64,000 nt of DNA. Source: Takakia lepidozioides (Eukaryota; Plantae; Bryophyta). Below are positions 12,901 to 26,399 of this stretch, in pieces. Every line of letters begins with the position of its first letter. The first letter of the stretch is position 1. The notes beneath the pieces were generated by a model. The model saw only the letters and a program-made list of their open reading frames with translations, did no database searches and was not told the DNA's origin. The position numbers and the translations under genes are program-made. The stretch is taken from assembly GCA_030704615.1 (NCBI GenBank), contig CM060731.1, positions 7,564,001 to 7,628,000 of the forward strand, in the 5' to 3' direction.

Positions 12901-14432
12901 TATCCAGTACAAACCGGGACGGGACAATGTGGTGGCCGATGCTTTAAGTAGAAAGCAGCAGCTGTTGGTGTACAAGGGCGAGACGGCGCTCCAAAGGAAG
13001 ATCCGGAAGGCTTGCCGGAAGGATGAGCTGGCGAAGTCCGTGATGCAGGACTTGAGGATGGGGGTTAAATCGCAGTTCCACTTGCAAAATGGACTGCTCC
13101 GGTATAAGCAAAAGCGTCTCTACGTGCCGAAGGGAGGGATCAGAGATAGTCTCTTGAGAGAATGCCATGATAGCCCCTTGCGGGCCACGGCGGAGCCAAG
13201 CGCACTGCGGCACTCTTGAAGAAAGAGTATTTCTGGCCCAAACTGAGGGAGGAGGCAGAGGAGTATGTCAAGACATGCACCACATGCCAACAAAACCGGA
13301 GCGAGTACAAAAAGCAAGCGGGGCTGTTACAACCCTTGCCGATTCCAGAGGGGACTTGGGAAAGCGTCTCGATGGATTTCATGACTGCTATGCCGCTGTC
13401 AAAAGGATTCGATGCAATCATGGTGGTGGTGGATAGGTTCAGTAAAATGGGCCATTTCATCCCCACCAAGGAGACGGCAACGGCGCAGGAGACAGGGCGA
13501 CTTTACTTCGCCCACGTCTTAAAGCATCATGGAGTCCCGAAGGATATTGTCTCGGACCGCGATCCAAAGTTTACGAGTAAATTTTGGAGGCACTTTGGAA
13601 GAAGATGGGGACGAGGCTGAAGATGAGCACCGCCTTCCGACCTACGACCGACGGCCAAACAGAAAGAGTGAATTCCGTAGTGAAGCAGATCTTGCGGAAT
13701 TACGTGTCGGCAGACCAAACAGACTGGGTGGAACACTTAGACGCGGCAGAGTTCTGTTATAATAACACACACTCCGCAACGGGAGTTTCCCCTTTCGTAT
13801 TGGTCTATGGAAAAGCACCTCTGGTGCCGACAAGTTGGGCCGCCCAGACGTTGAGGAACCGGCAGTAGCGGCGGTACTGGAAGAACGCGAGCGTTTGTTT
13901 GAAGCTCGCAAAGTACAACATTGCCAAAGCTAGGAAACGGTATGAAAGGCAGGCGAATCGGAAGCGGAGGGAAGTGAAGTTTGAGGCAGGCAGAGGTCTG
14001 GTTGAACATCAAGAATTTCCGACTACCTCCGGAAGTGAGTCCGAAGTTCGTACCTCCGTATGCGGGACCCTTTCGCATTCGGAAGGTTATGAATGAGGAT
14101 GTGTATGAATTGGAGCTGCCGGCAAACAGCAAGGTGCACCCAGTATTCCATGTCTCCCTTTTGAAGCCTTACTTCAAAGATGAAGCGCGTCCGAATCGGC
14201 ATCAAGTGTTGCGTCCGCCACCTATGCTGTTGGATCATGAAAATGAACCTGAGTACGAGGTGGAGGCAATACTTAAGTCGAGGAGGTTCAAGAACCGAGA
14301 AACGGAGTATCTCGTCAAATGGAAGGGCTATCATCATGTGGAGGCATCTTGGGTGCGTGCCTCAGAAATGGGAAACGCATCCGAGGCGTTGCAGCTTTCG
14401 AAGGGCGACCTCAAAAGCGGAAGAAGCGTTGA
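9904..14432 (+). pseudogene. gag-pol: gag-pol of A2 (Gag, CCHC knuckle, aspartic protease, RT, RNase H, integrase, chromodomain) with many 1-bp frameshifts
   Basis: CFNCGEPGHMAKKC; LLVDTGASHSF; [31 protein letters not shown] (Galadriel-like); YIDD; TDASDFAIGGVL; integrase SMDF/SDRD/GQTER; GPF; chromodomain EYEVEAIL...YLVKWKGY...SW. Confidence 0.94.
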
Positions 14433-15335
14433 TGGGGACATCAACCTTGGAGCGTGGGGGAGGAAATGCATGCTTAGCCCGGCTTAGCTAGCTTAGGAAT
14501 CCGATTGCAAAAACTTGTATTGTACAAAACGTGTATAAATGAAATGGTTCCAAATGTTTGTGCGTCCTATTTTGTTTGGAATGGTGATGCATGGTATGGT
14601 TGGCTAGTGTGTAGAATGCATGCTAGCTTATAAAAGTGGGAGAGGTAAATTGGGTTAATCGTGTGTTTGCGTAGTGCCGAAATCGGGTGACCCCCATCCA
14701 AGGGGCAAGGAAACTTGCGCCTTCTTTGGGAGTTCACGTGCTAGTGCGCACCTGGCGCGTGCGCGTACTATAACTGCGCTACCGAGGGGGTTGCCTTGTA
14801 GTGCGGGCTAACGCGGAAGCTACGTGCTTCCGTTCACGTACTATAATCGTGTAGCCTCGGGACGAAGTCGTAGTGCGGCTTCGGCGTGTTCCCGTACCTC
14901 AGGCCAGCATTCCAAGGCGGACCCAATTGTAGTGATTGGGGCGCACGGTTGGTTCAAGGTTATCTTCCTAGTCAAAGAGGGTTCCAGGTGAACCCTTGCT
15001 CAAGGTGATGCCAAAAGCGGCATCATGAGCGATCGCAAGCAATGTTGTTGCAGTAAGGCGATTCGATCCTCAGGGAGGATCGTTCCTTGGCCTTGAAGTA
15101 GGCCAAGAAGAGTGCACTGGGAGGAGCTGGAGAGGCTCCACCCTTGGCCGGGACTTGGAGGAAGTCGGCCGAACTAGCTAGTGGAGAGTAGAGTCAAGTG
15201 TGGGGTTTGGTTCTTTGCCATGGACGCCATGGTACGGAAACAAACTCCTTGATGTGGGACGCCACAACTTGGATGTTCGTTTCTACAAAATGGACAAGTC
15301 GATGAGGACATCGACTCCCTGTTGGTAGGGGTGTG

Positions 15336-16059
15336 TGTCGCGGCCCTTTGCCTTGAGGGCAGGGGGGTCGGGACACATGAGGGGTTGCCCCTGTGGTGGG
15401 GGCAGCGGCAGCGATAGGTATGGGGGGCTGAAGCACCCTTGAGTGCCCAAGGCTTCCAAGGAGGCGGAGCCGCTCACTAGGTGGAGCCCCGCACACCGGG
15501 TTGCGGTGGGGGTGGCTCCACAAGGGTGGTGGTAGCTTAGCGGGACTTAGTGGGGTGGCATAGGACTCACCATGGGGGCGGAGACCTCGTGGTGGGAGTC
15601 GTGGGGAGTCTTGGGACTCATCACGGTCCATAGGGGCCGTGGTGAGTGGGCCAAGACTCACCGCGACTCATCACCGGGAGTCGAGGGTTTTCGTGGTGGT
15701 TCGCCATAAAATGGCATGGCTGGTTGTGAAACCCCCGCGGACAGCTACAGAAGTATATATAGGGAGTAGTAACCCCGAGAACGGTGCAAGCCCGTTGGTG
15801 ACCGAAAACTAGTGAGTAAGCGGGCGAGCCGGAAAGCGACCAAAGAGTGGGGAGCTGTTCCGGACTGCCACTACCAAAGGGAATTCCCGCTGGTTCCCAA
15901 ATCGGTGGAGGGTTTTGGGAGAACAAAGGGGGACCGTTATGCCCGGTGAGCAGCCGAAGCTCCAAGTTGGCCCGGCGGCCAGGTTGGGAGTCAGGCGCGC
16001 GCATCAAAGCGAGTAACTATGACTTGAGTGGGGAGCTTACCGAAGTGAGGTGTGCGACA
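15336..16059 (+). repeat. 3' LTR of A2
   Basis: Direct repeat of 9127-9848, preceded by the PPT. Confidence 0.95.
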
Positions 16060-16796
16060 TCCAAAGCACAAGTGGGAGCCCATCCGAGGGATGGGGACCT
16101 CGTAAGTGCTTCTTCATTTTGTACTCACCTTGTTTTTGCATCGCACTTGTGCTACAAGGGGCAGAGCCATTCATTTGGCTGGAGGTTCAATTCCTCTACA
16201 AGTGAGCTATTCCCGTGTCACTACAATCAGTTAGATGTGTTTGTGGTGGTTGCTGGATTTGCGGCTCTGGGGTGTCTTGCCAAGTGCTTGCAGGGATCAA
16301 CGTTAATGTGGACGTGGCAGTACATGTAGCAAAAAAGCTCATTCGCTGGTGAAGAAGACCATGTTGCAACATATGTCATGCTATTGCTTCGAGAGTGCTG
16401 CTGTTGGGCAGGTGGGAGAATGCAACAACGGTGAGAAGGAAAGCAAGGGAAGCACAAAAAGGTGTCGTTCGGTCCTGCTCCTTTGGAGACACCCCCCATT
16501 CCACTGGTCTTTGTTCCTGGAAAGCATGCAGCTGGGCCAGAAAATGCATGCACACATTCACGTCTACTTCCCGTACATGAAGACGATCCTCTCCCTCACA
16601 TGTCAGAAACAATATTGGCAGAACAAAAAAAGGTTTGTTCACAAGACAGTACGGACCACATACCGGGACATTATCGATACTATTAACTGTCTCGCCCTTG
16701 CGCGCTTGCAGGACTGTACAAAATGGGTTCTAAGGACAGTAAGAGTCCTTAGCATAGCTCTCGTCTATGAGCTGCTGGCTTAATGGACACTGAGAT

Positions 16797-19700
16797 TCAG
16801 CTGGGCTCACTATCTATATCCAAATAATCTTCCCCTTCACTACCCACATCTGCAATTTGCCTTGCGGTAATTACCAACCCTGGAATGTCTTCCTCATTAA
16901 AGGTAACTGCTCCTTCCAAAGAGACTGGTTCGGCCGTATCTGGTAGATTTTGTGGTTCCCTCAGACCCTCGTGGTCGGCATTCTCCCCTAGGTCCAGATC
17001 ATGGACGTCGGCCACGACTCGTTTGGCCCGGGGGTCCTTGTGAAGAACCACCTTCCATCCCGGCGCATGGGTGTCATCTGAAAAGAAAACTTGCTCAACT
17101 TGCGATGGGAAGATGAATGGCTCTTCATCTTGTGGTAGCATTTTTCTGAAATCAGCAAGGAGGAACCCGTACTCATCCCGTTTCATGGTGGCATTCTCTC
17201 CTACCATATTGGCTTTTACCCAAGAACAACGGAATAGAATTGGCTTCACAAGACCATAGTCTAGTTTAAGGATCTCTTTGATCACTCCTACATATTGCAC
17301 ATGGCATGAAATTGGATTCTGATCTCGTGCACAGCTCCTACTCTCTTGTTCAAAAAATGATGCCACTCCGCTGTCATAAGTCACCAGGAGGCTGGTGTTG
17401 GCATCGTCCACTCTATAGTGATTGCCATATGCTTTCATTGACCGGTACGAAGTGGCAATCAGCCCTGGGGGGAATGACAGACTCACCATGCCCTCATCTG
17501 GGTCCTCGTTCTCTGATGCGTACACTGCAATTGCAGATCTGACCCACACTGTAAAGGGCTGCAGCTCCTCCATTGTTGTGGGTACTCCACCGGGGATCTG
17601 CGCCTACGACCGCCCCTCCGCCATGCTTTTGCAAATGCACTCCGTTCCGTTTTCAGGCGGACCTTCTCCGCTGCGTACTTTCTGGCAGAAACCAAATAGA
17701 AGCTGCAACTCAGTCCCCCTGACCAACACCGTGCTGTACATGCATGCCACATGCAGAGTGTGTGTCCTTTCAAGCACACTGTAGTGATGCAGCCTACTTC
17801 ATAATCACTTGCAAGCAACAACCCAAGATCTACGAAACACCCTCTGTAGTCGTCTGAAGCACCCTGTTAGTACACGATCCCACTCCCATAGTGGCCGGAA
17901 TGACTTGTGACAATATATATGTAATTCCAGCATACAAAGACCATTAAGAATAGCACAGGAGGGATGTAAGTTGGCACCCACTGTCTCCATGGTGTCATGG
18001 TTGTTGTGTTGTTCAGCACATAATCATGTGCCACATCCCGAAGGCGCGGGCTCATGGCACGCTTTGTTCCACCACCTTCTAGGACCTCGCCTACAACTCC
18101 TTCTTCCTCGTTCTCGTCCCACACCCGTCGTTGTATTGCATCAAATGAAGACATATACTCTGTCATGAAGCCCAGGGCTTCGTCGCGGATGTAGCCCTCC
18201 GCCATACTCCCCTCTGGCCGTGCCATGTTGCGTACACCCCTTCAGATCCTTCATGTACCTCTCCATGGGGTACATCCACCGGCTGGCTACGGGCCCACAC
18301 ACATGCAACTCCTCTACAAGATGCACTAGCAAGTGCGTCATGACGTCAAAGAATGATGGAGGGAATTCTTTCTCCAGCAAACATAGGGTCATAGCCACAT
18401 CCTCATGCAACGATGTAATGTCCCTCGGATCCCACACCTTCGCACAAATCTTCCTAAACACTCGACTTACACGCATTATGGCTGTTCGAGGACCTGGCGC
18501 CATCGTACCCCGAATGCACACTGGCAAAATCTTGCATCATCACGTGTAGATCATGTGACTTCATCCCCGACCATTTCTTGTTTATGGCATGCTTTTGGAA
18601 AGCACCCGAGAATCCGGTTGGCACTTTCATGGCTCCCAATGTCTTCAAAAAATCCTCTTGCTCTGATTTGGTCAGGACGTATGATGCTGCTGGCATGAGC
18701 ACTTTGCCTGGTCTATTTGGATCAGGCCTTAGCCACAGATGTGACCGTATCCCTTCAATCTCCATGTCCTTTCGTACGTTTATCGTATCCTTCTCCCCAA
18801 AGATAGTCTTCAGAATGTTCTCGCAGAAGTTCTTCTCACAATGCATGGGGTCCAGGAGGTACCGCTGCAAGAGGTTCTGAAATGCCAAATGTCCTCCCAT
18901 GAGACCAAGTTCTATGGGCAAAAAAGTAGAATATGTGGCAGAAGTTGTCCATGTTACTACATTCTGCTTTCAACAACTCCACGATCCTCTCCACAGTGAG
19001 GTGTACGACTTCAACATCTACTGCATAGTAGTTACACTGACTTAGGAGTTGGTGGAAGGACTCCTGACAGTAAAGGTAATTCCAGGAAGCACAATGTGAA
19101 AGAAAGTGAGTGAATGGGGGGGGGGATTCATGCACCTTCCAGTATGGCAAATCCCAAAGGATTGTCCGGCGCTTCACCCCGTGCTCCATGGCTGGATCCG
19201 CACTACTTCCGTCTCTCCCTCCAATCTCCATGAACGCCTCTTTCTCCTTTGCAAATTGCAATGTCTCCTCCGGTGTCACAGCATTTGGTGCCATTCTCTT
19301 TTCAACACATCCATTGAAGTGCCTTCCTGCTCGTCGGTAGGGGTGGTTTCTTGCAAGGTAACGTCGATGCCCCATGTATATTGTCTTCCCTAGTGGCTTT
19401 GAGTGCCGTGAATCCACATAGGGCCCACAAATGGGGCACCCTTTGTAGCCCTTCGTTTGCAACCCGCAACAAGGCCATATGCGGGGAAATCGTGGATTGA
19501 CCACATGAGTATGGCACGGAGGGTGAAACTCCGTTGCCCTACTGGTTTCAAAATGTCGTAAGCTTCAACTCCAATCCATAGTTCCTGTAGCTCTTCAATC
19601 AATGGTTGCAAATACACATCTATGTTTGCATTTGTCACGGACTCCTTGCCTGGAATCAAGAGAGACAACATGACAAAATTTCTTTGTTGTCAACCATGGT

Positions 19701-20858
19701 GGCAGGTTGTATGCCACCAACTGCACGGGCCATGTGGACCATGTGCAACTCTTTGATCCGTATGGGTTTACTCCATCCGTAGATACAGCCAATCGCACAT
19801 TGCGTGGGTCCTCGGCAAATCGGGCCAAGTTGCATCTATATGCTTTCCATGCAAGGGAATCTGGGACATGCCTTACCAAACCATCGTTTGAGGCATTCCT
19901 GGAATGCCAAGTCATGAGCTCACTAATGGTCTTGCATTTGTACATTCGTAATAGACGGGGGATAAGGGGAAAGTGCCTCAACACCTTGGCTGGCTGTTGT
20001 AACCTGCCCACATCATGGTATCGGGCTGCACCGCATTTGGGGCACTCCATAGCATCCTTGTACTCTCTTCTGAAAAGTACATGTCCTTTTGGACATGCAT
20101 GTATTTTCACGTAGTTGAGGCCGAGCTTCCCAATCATTTGGTTGGCCATGTGACAGCTTTTTGGCATTTCATTTGGTTGTGGAAGCAAGTTCAGCCGAAG
20201 CAAAGAGAACAACTCGTCAAATGGTCTGAGACACCGTGGGTTGTGCACAGGTTCATCAACAGCATGGTGGCAGCAAGCTTTGTGGATTTGCATCCCTCGT
20301 ACAGTGGCACACATGCTTCTTCTAGTGTCATGTGTGCAGAATTCAATTCTCCATCTCCACCTCCTTCCACGCCTTCCCCCACGTGAATGCCTTCATTTCC
20401 TGCGTCATCACCATCCCCAGTTGTCGCAGCGCCGTCCCCCTCTTCAGCATCGTCCATGATGTGGAATGCTTCCTGCAACATTCGAGTAATCTCCACCCCT
20501 CCGTCCATGCCTGGTTCATGTCCTGCGCCCATGACATAGTCCTCGTCTGGCCTGTCTGTATGGCTCCCTCGGGGTGTGCATTGTCCAATTGTGCCCACTC
20601 CTCATCGTCTTCGTCTGCAGGTCCATCTCCAATCCACACCCGAAATGCTTCATGTCTTTTGTGGTGAAGGAGATGTGTGCGCACACCGTCCTCAGATCTA
20701 CTTGTAGTGCCCAAACAACGTTCACATGGGCATGGCATCCTTGAAAGCCCAAGGGCTCGGGCACGTGCCACTTCTCTTTCCCACAACCTGTCATCTCGGG
20801 TGTTCTGTCTACAGGGGTGATTAATTGGAAGTCCTCCGCATGGGCGAGGGGAACTCAT
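16797..20858 (-). pseudogene. tnpD: CACTA TnpD-type transposase (spliced, frameshifted)
   Basis: MPCPCERC N-terminal domain; IHACPKGH..F...CPKCG, LRHFPLIPRL, DPRNVRL..STDGVNPY, STWPV...YNLPPW, IDVYLQPLIEEL (Transposase_21-like); LDPMHCEKN; FPPSFFDVMTHLLVHL, WMYPMER, PEGSMAEGY (DUF4218-like); LFRCSW, EPFIFPSQVEQVFF (DUF4216-like). Confidence 0.93.
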
Positions 20859-22919
20859 TTTTGTTGGGGAGCCTCTTCAATGCTGTTTGTGCACGCCGTT
20901 GCAGGGGCCGGATTCTCCTTTGCAGAGATTCCTCAATTTGGCTCTGCCACTCCCATTTCACTACCGTCAATTCCCTCCTCCTGCAATCTCAATTTGAAAG
21001 GTTCAGCCGCACATCCTTTGGCAGAGAAGACAGTTGACATTTTAACCATAGATTCCACAACATGATGAAAAGTTACACTCAACAGCAAACCATTTAAAAG
21101 CCATCACGATGCTTCCCATCATAACTAGAATCTTTTCAACAAGACACTGAGAGAAATGACCAAAATCGACTCAAACAACGACATCCTGGAAAACGACCTG
21201 TCTCTACAGTTCGTGTGTGTGTGAGGAATCGGAGGACGTACGTGGAATTTCAATTTTCACGATTGACGACGTTGTGATCTTGGGCATATGGTTGAATGTG
21301 TATGAAATGTGTGCATTGAAGTGTGAACAACCTGACTACAAGGCCAGAACCTGCGCCACTTGTCTTAGGCCATCTCCAAATCACGTTTCGGCGGACAATC
21401 CCGTTCCGTTGCCGTGAAATTGCACCGTGGCGGGAAGGGAGTCCATTTGTGTGGCTATCACCATGGCGGGAAGGGGAGCATGTTAAAATGGAGCATCGCC
21501 CTGCCACTTCACTCATTTGCTGTTTGCAGCTTCTTCCACCATCTTTCTTACTTAATTCTGATTCTTGCAATGCTGCCCTTGAGACGGCAACTGCAAGTGA
21601 CCGGATCCTTTGATCGTCGCATTCAAACACTTACGTGTAGCAGATCGCAGACCCCCAAATGCCTGGAGAGAAAGCCAGAGGCAGTCAATGCATGCACGGT
21701 TGTTTTGCACTGGTTGGGACGGAGTGGGGTGCAGAGGAGGCGTGTTGTGCCCGAGTTCGCATGCCTAGCATCCTGCAGCCGGCGGCTTTTGCACGTTGGG
21801 CAGCAGTACCCTCTGCTGTATGATTACCATTTGTGGTACAGACTCACCGGCCCCCCTGTCCACTTGGGTCTTGGGACAGCGACTTATGGAGTATGTAGAC
21901 AGAGTTGCATGTCGCGCAGGTACACCAAAATCTCCCATGTAACATAAACCCATTTCTCATTCATGCTTGCATGTGATCCACGGGGTAATTTCCATGTTCT
22001 CCCAGCTGATGTGGGTTCGCAAATTCTCGGTGTGTAGGTGTGTGTGTGAGGACCTCAACCTGGCATGGTGCGATGGGTGTCGAATGGACCCTTCTCTGCG
22101 ATGGGAGAACCACTACAGTTGAGTTTGTTTTTGCTGAATCATTTGGCAGAGCACTGTGTTCACTTCTCACACATCATGCGCATTTTCTCCAAGAATGCAT
22201 GTAAAGCGGAGCCATACACGGCATCATTGCAGTGTGTTTCCTTCCTAATTTTGAACGAAAAAAGTTAACGGATCCATGTCAGTTGTGTGAATCACTACAT
22301 CTAGTTGTCTGGAGGATTGTAAGTGGTTTAGGGTTTAACGTCTCAAAGTCGAAAGGCCATAGTGTCGGATGCACGACACGTGTTCATATTTGAAATCAAC
22401 AACGGCCGGATCTTCACTACAGATCGGGGGGTGTGTGATCACACTCCCCTCCTTGTCCTTCTTTCCTCCTTTGCATGTCTTGGTTCCTCGCTCGTCTTTG
22501 TCTTGGTCATGGTCTATGTCCTCGCTCGTCTTCATCTTTGTCATGGTCTATGTCCACGCCTAGTAAGAAGCGCTCGACCGCCGAGGCAGCATCACCTCCT
22601 CCCACTTCTGCACATTCCAGCCCCGCGGTGCGAAGGAGCCCCCGCCTGGCTCGACTGAATCCGGTACAGATGGCGTCGGTGCGAGAGGGAAGGCAGAGCG
22701 GTGGGCGGTCTTCGTTCGGATTTTGACACAAGCGAGTATAGCATGGGCGACGACGATGAGGTGGAGGACAGTTCGGAGGAAATTGCACCTCCATCTGCAG
22801 AGTCTCTCCAAAAGGTGCGCAACGGCAAAACCGCTGCGCATGAGGTGAGTTCTACCCCTACTTGTGTTCTTGTTTTCTGGGCGTTGAGTTCTCCTGAAAC
22901 TGAAACTGGGATGCACATA

Positions 22920-24040
22920 TCCACAAAGTTGTTCAAACGGATGTCGTAGTATACAGGGCAGTAGAAGAAGAAGTGTTCTTCAGTTTCAATTTCCTTGCTG
23001 CGCCCTATGCAAGCTGGACATAGGCGGTCCTCCCGTTGCAGGTTTTCCCATCTGCCAGTCTCTATCCGTAGGTTGTGGGAACCCACCCTGAACCGCCCCA
23101 ATGCCCTCAAGAGGGAAGGAGGTAAGGGTGCTGAAAGGTAATTTGGTCTGAAGATTCTATCATCGCGGAGCACCAAGAATGTCTCTCGATAGAAGTGGAG
23201 CTTTGTTGTGAGATTGGGTAGCATCCAAGTTCTCTTGACATGTAATTCCATAAGCTCTCTCCGAATGAGTCTGTTGCGGTCATGTCTGGATGTGATGTCC
23301 ACCTCATGTGGGTTCATTGGTAATAGGAAAGCAGTAGAAAGTCCGTTACGTTTCAATAACTGTCCACTCGAGCATACCAGGAGTTCCCGAAACCTGCAGC
23401 TTTGAGCCTCATAGATGTTGTGAGGGCCCTTGCCACTAGCCCTTTGGGTGGAAGGGCCTGCAATCTATGGAGAAAGATTGTAAGCCTGAACTGTGCCTCG
23501 GATTGCAATGGTACACATGCGAACTCTGCACCTAGGATCTGAGATGGAGTTGTGCTCCTGGCGCCAAGCATTGCTTGGAGAAAAGATGACTGTAATGGTT
23601 CCAAATTCTTTTCCCACCAGGAGACAGGGACACAGGTGCCCAAACTCACAACCATTGATGGTAGCAGGGCTGACGACGGTGTCAAACAACCACTTTTTGG
23701 TCGGGGGATGCCGCAGATGTATTTGCTTGCATTTGGCGTGAAGGCGGACGGAGGCCGCCTTACCTTTAGTCAATCTGTCCAAGGCAGTGGCTGCAAAGTG
23801 AAACTTGGGGGAGTGGATAACCAGACCTAGGTACCGGTATGATTTGACAATCTCAATTTCCTGCTGGTTGAAGATGAATCTACGATCAGCCTGGCCATTG
23901 AAGACCATGATCTTGGTCTTGCTAAGATTGACTTGCATCCCATAGTCTTTGCAGAACTGTTCCAAAATTTTGATATGGCGTTGCAGAAAGACCGGGGATT
24001 GTGCCAAAAGGGCAACATCATCAGCGTAGAGGAGATCTGA
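22920..24040 (-). mobile_element. Non-LTR retrotransposon (RTE-X-like) RT C-terminal half plus zinc finger, fragment
   Basis: LLYADDVALL, VNLSKTKIMVF, YRYLG; C-terminal RFRVGSHNLRIETGRW...RLCPAC...ETEEHFFFYCPVYYDIR. 5' end truncated at YADD. Confidence 0.85.
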
Positions 24041-26399
24041 TTGGGCAGAAAATGAAGTTAGGCAGAAAACATCCCTGAACATGTTTTCAATTTGTGTCAT
24101 GGGGGAGGACATCGTGGAAAAACCTTCAGGTCTACCACTGTGTGCAGAGGGACTAGTTTTTAGGTCAAGGAAATGTTGCTTTGTCACGTCATTGCACCTG
24201 CGTTGGAGTACGCATTTGCTATATGCGTTGATAACTCCAACGAGGCTAGGTCTGCAATATCCTTTCAATTGAATTGTGTCTGCACCTGTGTTTACCAACA
24301 TTGAGAGTCTTTAGGCCTTTTGGGGCTCCGTTGCTGGGCTCCGCCATACAGCCATTTGCTGATTGTGAATAGATGTCCACTGGATATGTGCAAAACCCGG
24401 ATGGATGTTTCTGTTTCCTGGTAAGTTTCATGTGGTACTGATGTGAACCCGCCCACATTCTGTTTCTTCACCAATGAATGGGCTTACATGTTATGAGGAC
24501 ATTCTGTCCCTCTCCTTTTCAGTTTTTGGCACTTGCGCTGCAGGGGAGTGGGTTTGAGGTCAGCCAATCCATAGTTGTGGTTGTGGGATGGTTTGTGCTC
24601 TGGTGACGTTGTGTTCAGTAGGACTACAGCTGATGCACCTTGTGTGTGGGATGTTTTTGGCAGCGGAAGGGGAGTGAAGCTGCAGCAAAGCACTCACAGC
24701 CACCACACAATGCCAACCAACACCAACCTTGGCACCCACCCCCTGCCGGATGGTCTCCACAACAGAGTGCACCATGGGGAGCCCCCCCTGCTTCGGGGTC
24801 GTGGCGCTGGCTTCCTGATGTTGCCACGTCACAATGGGGGCCTCCCACATCTCCATACGGCCCTCCCCCCTCCGGCACACATCAGTCACCCCCCACAACG
24901 TATGACGGCGCTGCTCCAGAGCATGGGGGCAGGAAACGGACATCAGAGCTGAGGAAGGAACGACGTCATGCCATGAAACAATGGGAAGGAGATGGAGAGG
25001 GAAGGGTGGCTGCAGGGCTAAGCGCCACAAGGTGGAGGTGCATGGAAATGGAGTCATCAATGCTGGCTGCGAAGGTAAGGAACACTGGCAGCGTGATTTG
25101 CGTGGCCTGGCATTGCGTTACCTTGACTCAAGCGTACAAGACATTGACCAGCAGTCCCAGAGTGCCATGTCAACAGTAATAGAGGGCATAAATGGAATGT
25201 ACGAGTACACACCTATCCCTGCCAATCGTGATTTTATAGTGAAGCAATGTGGGAAGATAATGAAAGGAGAAAGAGCAAAACTGAAAGATAAATGGGCGAA
25301 GACTGGTGTGAGGCCAATGAACACTGAACCCGCCTATTGGGATAAGCTTGTTGCCTACTGGGAGTCCCCTCGTGGACTTGCAAAGGCTGAAGGGATGAAG
25401 CAAGCGCGTGCTTGTGTCACGAACCCCTCGCGTTGGGGCCGGGCAGGAGTTGCAGGCCAAGCAGCCCGTTTGGTAATCTCCCTCACCCCCTTCTCATTGC
25501 TCTTACGTTGTGGCATGTTCTGATGGAAGAGACACCCACGAGTGGGTTTTATTGCTTGTGCAGAATTAGTTGTTATGTGATATGCAGGGCAGTGCTTTGT
25601 CCATATGCTCCTGGCATTTTGTACTGACAGTGTGTGGATGGGCAAATACAGAAAAGACGCAAAGCGCGGAGCCCGTCACTGTCCGAGCTCGGGGCGGAGT
25701 GCAAGAACGCTGCGACTGGCACCCCATCAGAGTCTGTTTTGAGCCAGGTATGTTTTGAAGTCCGGTTTCCATTCATGAATCTGTTGTTGTACTAAGATTT
25801 GGTGGGTATGTGGGGCCCCCACGCATGGTACACGAGGGGTGTTATGCCAAACCTAGCCATCTCCGAATGCCTGAAATCCTGCACATTCGGCCTCTTCTTC
25901 TGGTTTTTAACAGTACGGGTGGGTGTTTGTATGCGTAGGGAATGGCAGCCCGCATCGGGGCCCTGGAGAGGCTTGCGGCTCTCTCTGCGGAGCGGGAGAG
26001 GGGAATGGAAGCACAACTGAAGAAGATAGTCATGATGGGGCAAAAAGGGGGTGTGACGGGTGGCATTATGGAAGACCCCCCTGCTGCGACCATTGTACCT
26101 GACAAGGAGGAAGTAATTGTAGTGGGTAGGGATGTGACAGAGGTCCGGGCTGTTGTTGATGATATTCACAGTGGGGGGCAGGGTCCACTCGTTGAAGAGG
26201 GAGAGGTCCAGCAAGTTGGTGGGGATGACATGGACGATGGGGGGTCATTGCTCATGATGGGGGAAAAGGGGAAGCTGTAGGGGGAGAGGGTGGTAGTTTG
26301 CCTGGTCCAGGCTGCAGGGGGACCGAAACTTTGCCCTCCGGGGTGACTGTTGTCTCCCAACCCACTGAGGTGAGACCCCGTGACACCCCTTCAAAAGCT

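Larger units (their letters stand above)
9127..16059 (+). mobile_element. Ty3/Gypsy chromovirus (Galadriel-like) family A, copy A2, full length, nested in the CACTA
   Basis: LTRs 9127-9848 and 15336-16059; PBS TGGTATCAGAGC at 9851-9862 (tRNA-iMet); PPT about 15321-15335; TSD TCCAG/TCCAA (one mismatch). Confidence 0.96.

Noticed and set aside
14760-14890. Twister or hammerhead ribozyme in the duplicated CGTACTATAA module
   Set aside because: Conserved catalytic cores (CUGANGA/GAAA; twister loop-4 motif) not found by eye.
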